NCBI GenBank assembly: GCA_020891255.1
Contig: BQFW01000001.1
Span: 1,736,001 to 1,800,000 of the forward strand
DNA: 64,000 nucleotides
Direction: 5' to 3'
DNA from: Entomortierella parvispora E1425
Lineage: Eukaryota > Fungi > Mortierellomycota
Shown: one piece after another, positions 55,913 to 64,000 of the stretch
How the letters are laid out: every line of letters starts with the position of its first letter
Position numbering within the stretch: the stretch's first letter is position 1
Position numbers and translations under genes: made by a program
The notes under the pieces: model-generated
Seen by the model: the letters and a program-made list of their open reading frames with translations, nothing else
Databases searched by the model: none
What the model was told of the DNA's origin: nothing

Positions 55913-58447
55913 ATGGATTTCCTTGGTGATATTGCGCATACCGTCTCTGACAGGATTTCGCATATTATCCATGGTGACGAACACCATGAGAACGAGGATC
56001 AGGTCAAGAACCTCTCCGTTCAAGACCCAAACAACGCCATCGCTGATCGCAACCCTCTTCTTGACGACGATGAGGAAGTCGAGGACGCTGCAATTGAGGC
56101 CGCCCGCCAAGAATACGAAAGCATCAAACCTTCCCCTCAGTTCAAGTGCGGACCCGTCCTCCGTTACCAAGATACCCTCGTGGACCAGCGTCGCTGGGTT
56201 GGTTCTGTCCTCGTCGTCACCGATCGCCAGGACCCTCCCCGCCTTGTTATCCAGGACCCCACGAAATCTCAGGTCGGTTACGCTTCTCCTCGCAGACTCG
56301 AGACCTGGGAGGGTAATCACTTTTACCGTTATGAAATCCAACTTTCACTTCTGAAAAAGCGTGAAAAGAACATCAAGTACTGGTTCGAGACTGAAAACGG
56401 TCGCCGCGTTCAGACTCCTCAGACTTGGAACTTCTTTGTGCCCGCTTTGGAGAATGCCTTCAACTGGGCCTTTTACTCCTGCAACGGATTTACCTCGGAT
56501 GTGGAGGATCCCGAAACCAACTTCCATGGCGCGAACCCGCTCTGGGACGATCTTTTGGCTGCCCACGACGGAAAGCCTTTCCACGCCATGGTCGGAGGTG
56601 GTGACCAGATTTACAACGATGATGTGTTGGCGACCCCAGAGATGGTTGAGTGGCTGGCATTGGATGAGGAAGCACGCGTTGCAACCGAGTTCACAAACGA
56701 CAAGAAGTACGCGGTCGAGAAGTTCTACTTTGATCACTACACCTCCCACTTTACCTCAGGCACTTACTCCAAAGCCCTCTCCTTAATTCCCATGGTCAAC
56801 TGCTGGGACGACCATGATATTATTGACGGATACGGCTCCTACCCCGCCAAGTACCAATTGTGCGCCGTTATGCAAGGTAAGGGTCCTTTCGCAGAATGAG
56901 TGAGTGTGTGGGAATGGACATCTTTTTGAACGAATGCCCGGATTGCCATCATCTCGGGTCGATGTGCAGCAGGTTACGGCATCAGTGTGTTTTACCGAGC
57001 CACGAATTTTGTGTTTGTTTGTGTCTGTGTTTGGACCTTGCGCGTGCCACACGCACATGGGCTAAGGAGCAAAGCGAAACGCCTGGAAGGGGAACCATTT
57101 TCATTGTCCATTGCGCTGACCTTTCTCTTCCCTCCTCTATTACGTAGGTATCGGTGCCGCTGCCGCCAAGTTCTACCTCCTCTTCCAGCAGCATGCTAGC
57201 GGCAACACCACTGAGAAGGCCGGCCTTATTACCGCGTCGTCCGGAAAGGGTTGGAGCTGCATCACCCACTTTGGCAAGCGTACGCTTATGGTCTTGCCCG
57301 ACACTCGCTCGGAGCGCTCCAAGGAGACTATTCTTTCTGATTCTACCTATGAGCTCCTTCAGCAACAGATCAATGCCCAGCTCTTGCCCTCGACCCGCCA
57401 CTTGGTCATTGTCCTTGGTACCCCTCTCGTTTACCCTGCCTTGACCCTCTTTGAGGATGCCTTGGAAACCATGGGCGAGACTTTGTCTCGCGGAGGCATC
57501 ATTGGCAAGGTTTTTGGAAAGTGCAAGGCCTTTGAGAACGTGTTGGGACAGTTTGGACCCGAACTGTTGGATGATTTGGTAAGTTGAAAGAAAAAAAAAC
57601 GAGAGGAAAACACAAACGAGGGCTCTCGTGCTGCTCTTGTCTGGTCTTTTCTCGGGGATACAAAATCATTATGCAGGGCTGCAGGGCTAAAGAACCTCAA
57701 GAATAGCAAGATCTCAAGCTAACAGAAAACCACTCCGACTTTATTAGGTCGACTCTTGGGCCTGCAACATCCACACTGCCGAGAAAAAGAAATTGGTCGA
57801 GTTGTTGCAAACTATTGCTGTCCAACGCGGCGTCCGTGTTACCTTCGTCGGCGGTGATGTAAGTTATAGGCACTCACTATCCTGTCTGGGCTGGAACATC
57901 TTTTCAAGAACACTCAACTTACCCATGCTTCATTCCCTGTATCCCAACTCTCAATAGGTTCACGTCGGAGGCGCCGGTCGTCTTTTCGGTACCACCAGCA
58001 CCTCGCCTCTGCGTGATCCTTACCACATGACTCAGATTGTGTCGTCCGCCATCGTCAAGTAAGTCCCTTTTTTATTTCCTTTCTATTGAATTCAGAACCA
58101 ATTGCTTGAACCTTGATCAAAACACTTATCGCCTCTGCCTATTCTTGCCCCCATTCTACAGCGGTCCTCCTCCTGGCGCCGTTATTTCTGCTCTTCACAG
58201 ATCGTCAAAGACCTACCCCTTGAACGACTTTACTTCCGAAGAGATGACAGAAATCTTCAACCAAGATGTCACTGGTGAGGACCTCGAGCAGAAGAAGCTC
58301 CTGAACCGTCGTAACTGGTGCGAGGTGCGTGAGCTGTCTGGCTTTGAACTCGAGTTCACCATTCGCATCGAGAATGAGGACCATGTCGGTACTAAGAAGT
58401 ACCCCATCCTTGTTGACCGCTTGGAGATTGCTGAGCGTGAGCAGTAA
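55913..58447 (+). CDS. PhoD-like (alkaline phosphatase D family) metallophosphatase, fungal type, multi-exon
   Basis: Motifs CGPVLRY, WAFYSCNGF, FHAMVGGGDQIYND, NCWDDHDIIDGYGSY, VTFVGGDVHVGG and MTQIVSSAIVN. Confidence 0.88.
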
Positions 58448-58599
58448 ACACCAAACTTGTCTATATTTTGTACAAATAAATGCGATCACAATCCAACCAA
58501 CCAAGGTGCTTTTTTTTTTTGGCGTTTTTATGAAGGCGAAGCATCGTCGACTAGTACAGCTAAACTTCCCGAAATGCATAAAGACGTGAGAATAAATTA

Positions 58600-58710
58600 G
58601 TTGAAAATACAAAGGTTTGTGCTTTTGTCTCGGATTTTTGTTGCACTTACCGATGCTGTAAAGAAGGTTGTGCTCATTCCACATGAGCCTCACTCGCGCG
58701 AGTGAACTTT
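58600..58710 (-). ncRNA. Candidate Fanzor omega-RNA scaffold overlapping and following the stop codon
   Basis: Perfect 16-bp palindrome TCACTCGCGCGAGTGA (58690-58705), hairpin GCTCAT-GTGGA-ATGAGC (58672-58688) and stem TCGG...CCGA (58653-58630). The position matches known TnpB/Fanzor guide RNA loci. Boundaries are a guess. Confidence 0.4.
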
Positions 58711-61700
58711 GGCGAGCGCTTTGTCGAGAGGCGCTGGCCATGTCTGTGTTTGTAGGTGAGTACCCAGACATCTGGCGAGATTTTCGCCGGCGTTATGGTC
58801 TCTGTCGATGTCCCAACTGCAGTTTTCACAAAGGATGGATCTGCCTTTCTGAACTGCCCGGAAGCGACATCGGCTGCAGAACTGACTGGATCGAAACTCC
58901 GGGAGCTTCACCGCTGGGATGCCATTGGCATTCGCCTATAACGTATAAGAGAACCAGATGTTAGATATAACACCCCTTACTCTCTTTGAAAATCGACTCC
59001 AGCAACACTTACTGTCCGCGCTAGTTCGTCCAAGGTTTTTTCCTTTCGGCCGCCAAAGTCCCCGTCACCTATTCCAAGAACGGCTGGCGTCTCTCGATAC
59101 TCCTGAACTTCAGTCGGTGGAATATTCGGGTGGGGAATATGCGCCATCTTGATAGCCGCTGCACAGACCAGGCTTCTGTCGCTTCGAATCGCCGTCCTCA
59201 TATCATGAAGATCCTTCTTGAAACTGATTGATCCGTAAAAGGTCCTTAGCTTCTCAAATGCAGCGAGGCGAGGTCTGAGCCAGTCTAAGTGGTTACTATA
59301 GAGTGCGCTGGCAGCTGCCCTCCAATCGCAAACCGTTGTCCCGTTTTCCTGTGTGACCTTCACTTGTACGGGAGCAACATCTGCAATCAATGTGTTCTCC
59401 AGTTTGTCGATCCCATGGGTCTTTTTCTTTGCATTTAGACATCCCATGTATCGCTTTTGAATGTCTTTAGCCACGGTGTCGGTGATATCGAGGGTCTGTG
59501 AAAAGTCAGGGTACTTGGTGTGTACTGCGACCACGCTTGCAGGTTTCGCCCGGCCTGGATCTACCCCGATCCCGATAAAATGCGGGCCACCCAAAGACTG
59601 AACACGCTGCGCTGTTGAAAAGAGGTCCTGGACATACGGTAGGGCTTTCGCATGTACTGCTGCAGTCTTTACGCCTGCGAGGTTTCGCTGTGCCACCTGT
59701 CCCTGCCCTGGATTTCCATGTCCAACACTGGGACCCTCATTAGGATTTTCAGTCTCACTTCCAGGCAGGCTCTCCTCCAGCACAGGATCAGGAGACGTCC
59801 AAAGCTCTGAGTCGTATATATCCAAGGACGAAGGTAAAGCGGAGGATGCAGCAAAAGGTAGAGCGGAAGGCAGAGCAAGAAAACCTTCCTCTGGAGCTAC
59901 GGCAGGGATATTGTGCTGATAACCACTGCCGGTAGGACTGGAGTTGCTCTTCGTATTCTTCTTTGGGTGTAATGTGGTCAAATCAAAAGCCAACACATGG
60001 AGGTTATGACCGTCCGTCTTGATGACACCCGTCGGAACATAGTGTCTTCGAGGTGTGTTCTCGGCGCCACTGCTCGACCCCGCATGCAGACCATGTAGAG
60101 TCACGTCTCGCAGTTGTCGTTGTTGTGTAGCTGACATGTTGCTTAAAACGTCCTTCAGCCGTTGTAATTCAACCTCCATCGACTTGAGGGCGTTCGAGAT
60201 TGATCCACTAGTCGTATAGATGTTCGCGATGGTGGGGGGAGGGTTACCAGGAAGCTGTGACCATTGCCCCTGAAACACCGAGATACGATGGAGTAAATCT
60301 TGAGAATCTGCCAGCCCTGGGTCCTGTTTTTTAGCCAAACTGGAGCATTCCTTCAGGAGAGCGCAGAGTGTTTTGTCGATTGATGTGTATTCATCCAGGT
60401 GCTCCAGCTCTGTTTGAATTCTCAGGCGCGAATCAGGGATGAACAAAGCGCGCTCACTGTTCATGGCCGGGTTCATGAGAGCAGTGCCACGTCTGTACGA
60501 GGTATTTTTCGACATGAAAAAGTTGAAAAATAGCTCCCCTCTGTGGGCGATTGCTCGCTGTTCGGCGGCCACGACCGTTCCAGTGAAGATTGCACCTAGC
60601 GCACTCTTTGTAGTTGGTGTAGGTTTGAGGTGTCGGCATGCATCAACGAACTCCCTTTCGGTTAGGTCCAGGTCCCGGTCTTTGAAGGTGATTACAGGAA
60701 ATAGCGCAACTTGACTGCCGGGTCGCAGTAACGCGTTCAGGAGCAAGTGAACGGATACGGGATCGTGCAGCTTTGACCGACCAGTGCCTTCAATCGAATC
60801 CAGGAAAAGTCGTCCTTGCTCGGACTTTGAGAATTGTATCTGCTGGACAAGAACCTAGCGAACAGGACAGAGACAAGAGTGAGCGACGAGCAAAGAGATA
60901 AAGACCATAAAACATCGCACTAGGAATGTCAAGCACTTACTCGCTGCTTAAGTTCGCCGACGTTTCTCAGAACATGGCTGCAGATTAAGTCGTGCGCGCT
61001 GCGTGCGCAAGATTCCAAGAACTTGGCGCTGACCGCCTTCTCCGGTCTCTTTGTAAAGGGGTCGAATGGGATCCCGCCGGCCTGCTGGTTGATATGCTTC
61101 TTTTTGAACTCCAGTACCACCGTAAACGCAAGCCGCTGTGTGCCTTCGCACTTGAGCTGAGTGATGGTAGCGTCTGTAAGATCGTTCCATCTCCAAAGGG
61201 CCCGGACCACATGATATACGAAGATTTGACTTGTGTAGACTGGACCAAGTGCATCTTTTCTTTTCTTGACGTCGTCTTCGTCAAGTGTGGGGTGAGACTT
61301 GAAAATAGACAGCGCATAGTCTTGCAATACCGCGATCGCCGACCAAATTGCGTCAGAGTTTGCTTTGACCAGGTCCATCATCATTGTCCGCATGGATCGG
61401 TACGTATCCTGTACTTCCAATAGTGTCGATCCCTTCATCTGGCTTTCAAGCCCTTTGTAAAGTGTGGAGCACAGAGTACCTGGCTGGAGTGCCACCTGGG
61501 AAAACGTTGTTTCCAGAGTAGCTTTAATGTGCGTGGTATCGTGCTCCCTCCTTGTCGCAGTGACTGAGCCAGCCGAAGACGTCAAGTCGCCCATCTGTTT
61601 GTTTACAGCATGTCGCGCCTTTCTGCTTGAACGGTTGTAAATGGGCTTGGAGGTAGCCGCCTTTTTTTCGTTCGTCTTTTTCTTCTTCTTTTGGCTTGCC

Positions 61701-63614
61701 TCCTGCGAAAGGGGACGCTTCTGACTGGTTGAGGCAGTAGGAATCGAAGATGAACCTGCTGGGTTGTCACCTTCCAAGATCTGGTTGACTAGATCCGTCG
61801 CAAGTGGTGCAGATCCAGTTTGGTTGTCAGAGTTGCTGGTGTGGGTTGCGTTCGGAGCGACGGGATGGACTTTTGGAGGGCCTATGGACTGATCGTATAG
61901 CCCCACGGGTCCCTCATTCCTAGACCAGCCAGGGGGAAGACTCTCCGACCAAGCTGTGCGATCATGATGCCGAATCTTTGAAAGATAGTCTGGCCGCTTT
62001 CTATCCCTCATGAATCGCAGAAAGCTATTCATAAAGTGGAGTAGTGTTTAGAAAGGGATCTTCGGCATGGTACGCTTTCTCTCTGCATAGCAATATGATA
62101 CCATACCCTTGCTTAGTCTCTGTCTGACTTGAGCTTCCTCCTTCCGGGACCACAGGCAATGATGAGGCGCTTGACCTGATGAGGGACGGATTGATGACAT
62201 TCGTTCAGAAAAGAAAAGAAAAGAAAAGAAAAAAAAAGAAAAAAAAAAAAAAAAGAGTGACAATTTGAGATATCTTACCTTGCGGTTGGTTTGGTCCGCT
62301 TGTTCCTGTTTGAGAAATCGCATAGGGGAGAAAACAAGTCAGTACTGCTGTCCTTGAGTGCCTTTCAATAGGACAAACGCTTGACACTTACCTATATCGA
62401 AGCTTGGAGACTTCATTCACGATATGCAGCATCAAGTGGTCGACGAGCTTTGCCGCATTATCCTCCAATATGATGCCGGTGTCTGTATCCTCCTTATTGT
62501 CGACGAAGATATCCACGCTGTTCTCAAAGACAGCCTGATCGATCGAATTCTGAGAGCAGAACTTCTTGACGTAGTCGACTGCCTTTGGCATGTCTGGCAT
62601 TTCGTCCATGTCGCGGATGGTATCCACAATCTTGGTAAGGCTTAGGCCGGGGACCTTTCGATCGTAATCATTCTCTGCCAGAACTGCCACAGCTTGCCAC
62701 TGTTCATAAGACAGCTCAAGACTCCCGAGAATGGCCCCGATATCATATTTGTAATACCGGCCGCCTTGAGGACTCTTGCGCAACACGTATGAAGCTCCGT
62801 GGAAAACATTGTCGCTATCAGCCGACGCGACCACCGTGTCTTCCTGCTCTTCTTCAGCATGCCTACTGATGCAGACATCAGCCTCCCCTGGGCAGGCGTG
62901 TACCTTCCATCCCTTTGAGCCGAGTTGATTGCCAAGTGTGTGCCAGTCCTTATGAGTGATTGCCTTTGTATTTATCCACGCCTTGAGCAGTGGGCCGCGA
63001 ATCCTCTTCACTAACCGAAGTAGTTGGTTCTTTGTTGGCTTGGCCTTTCCGGCTGCAGTTTTCAGGGACACTTGCGATTGCAGATGGGCAAGATGGGACA
63101 AAACGGATGATGCCTTGTGGACAAACGCTGCAATCGCTCCGATTCGAGAACGATCTCTTTTCTGGCGGGCGTATGTCTTTTGGATGGATCTGGCGCCGTC
63201 AAAGTGGAGTATTCCTTGGTCTTTAGAAAACTTTTTCGACAGTGTTTTGTCGATCGCCGCCGAGATGTCGATCTCAAATAATGCCGAGGGGACTGGAGGG
63301 AGCGTAGACTCGGAGCCGATCAGTGATAAAAACTCCGTGTTGCTCTTGATGGCATCAGTCTCAAGAGGAGGGACTTTGGTCAAAAAAAGAGAGATCTCAA
63401 CGGGAAGCATGTAGGGCGCCTCGAGGTTGGCCGAGGAGTTCATGTGATTTTTCATTTCCGCAAAGATCTTGTTGCAGCGGATGCTTCTCGCAAGCGCAAA
63501 CAAGATAGCAGGAATGTCGATGTGGACTCTCGGGAAAACATCTTTTGGCACAACTTCGGGATACTCCAGGCCTTCGATGTTGGCCAAATACGGCCAGGTG
63601 CTGGCCACGCCCAT
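58690..63614 (-). CDS. 1,496-aa fusion of an XPG/FEN1-like PIN 5' nuclease and a Fanzor1/TnpB-like RuvC-ZnF nuclease; exons 63614-62392, 62305-62279, 62175-62107, 62024-60941, 60854-59013, 58935-58690
   Basis: Five GT-AG introns, all frame-preserving; CDS 4,491 nt. PIN motifs: MGV..W, HIDIP, HFDG, PGEADV, SADSD, LAENDY..VPGL. Fanzor motifs: KTDG, IGVDPG (RuvC-I), GIGDGDF, LPEFRSSQFCSRC (RuvC-II + CxxC), CENC..IDRDHNAGENL (CxxC + RuvC-III). Confidence 0.85.
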
Positions 63615-64000
63615 CTATCACACCAAAGACGATTACACAGCTTTAGTTAGATGGATATGTACTACGCTGACTACAGTTCACTCTCCTGATGGATCTAAGA
63701 GTCCGACTCAAAGAGGACAGCGGAAGTTTGCGCTCTTTTCGCTGTGCATATGCCAAAAGCCTTGTCTCGAAAAGATACACTGTTTTTGTCCATAGAGCGT
63801 GATCCTTACAGTCGGTGACGGCAAGCTCTGAGTGTCCAAGGGCGGTGATAGATGATGATGAGTGCAGAAAAGTAGTAGTTTGTAATATTCAGTGAATAAA
63901 GCAGGGATGGTGAGAAAGGAAAGGCGCGGGGAAAGTAAAGGAGCAAGAAAGGACGAGTGGATGATCGATAGCCGATGGTTCAGGCCATCAGATTTCCCAA

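Noticed and set aside
58977-63614. Treating ORFs 62388-63614, 60929-62032, 58977-60746 and 58690-58911 as separate genes or a frameshifted pseudogene
   Set aside because: Each ORF end lies within a few codons of a GTAAGT donor and each next segment begins at a phase-matched acceptor; the spliced CDS is open throughout.
58448-64000. Terminal inverted repeats or a target-site duplication bounding the PIN-Fanzor gene
   Set aside because: No convincing match was found by eye between the 3' flank and the 386 nt upstream; the left end may lie outside the window.

Overview
Gene-dense, intron-containing fungal genomic DNA. The ~50% GC, short GT-AG introns with poly-T tracts, and Crinkler plus CE4 deacetylase genes suggest a Mortierellaceae-like early-diverging fungus (inference). 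About 22 protein-coding genes can be reconstructed. Housekeeping genes include NPR2, RPS28, RIX7/NVL, HEM4, ECD/SGT1, SEC65, DBP5-like, Whi3-like, CSR1-like and PhoD-like. Accessory genes include a pogo/CENP-B-derived DNA-binding protein, a ~2,300-aa helical-repeat protein, an orphan 7TM protein, an intronless bacterial-type alpha/beta hydrolase and a Crinkler NTPase-REase-HhH effector. The stand-out is 58690-63614 (minus strand): four apparently separate ORFs plus two micro-exons join through five canonical, frame-preserving introns into one 1,496-aa protein. It has an XPG/FEN1-type PIN 5' nuclease at the N-terminus and a Fanzor/TnpB-type RuvC + zinc-finger nuclease at the C-terminus, both with apparently intact catalytic motifs. 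A hairpin-rich 3' flank follows, where a Fanzor omega-RNA would be expected. No rRNA, tRNA or CRISPR array was recognised. All family calls come from motif recognition by eye; no database search was run.
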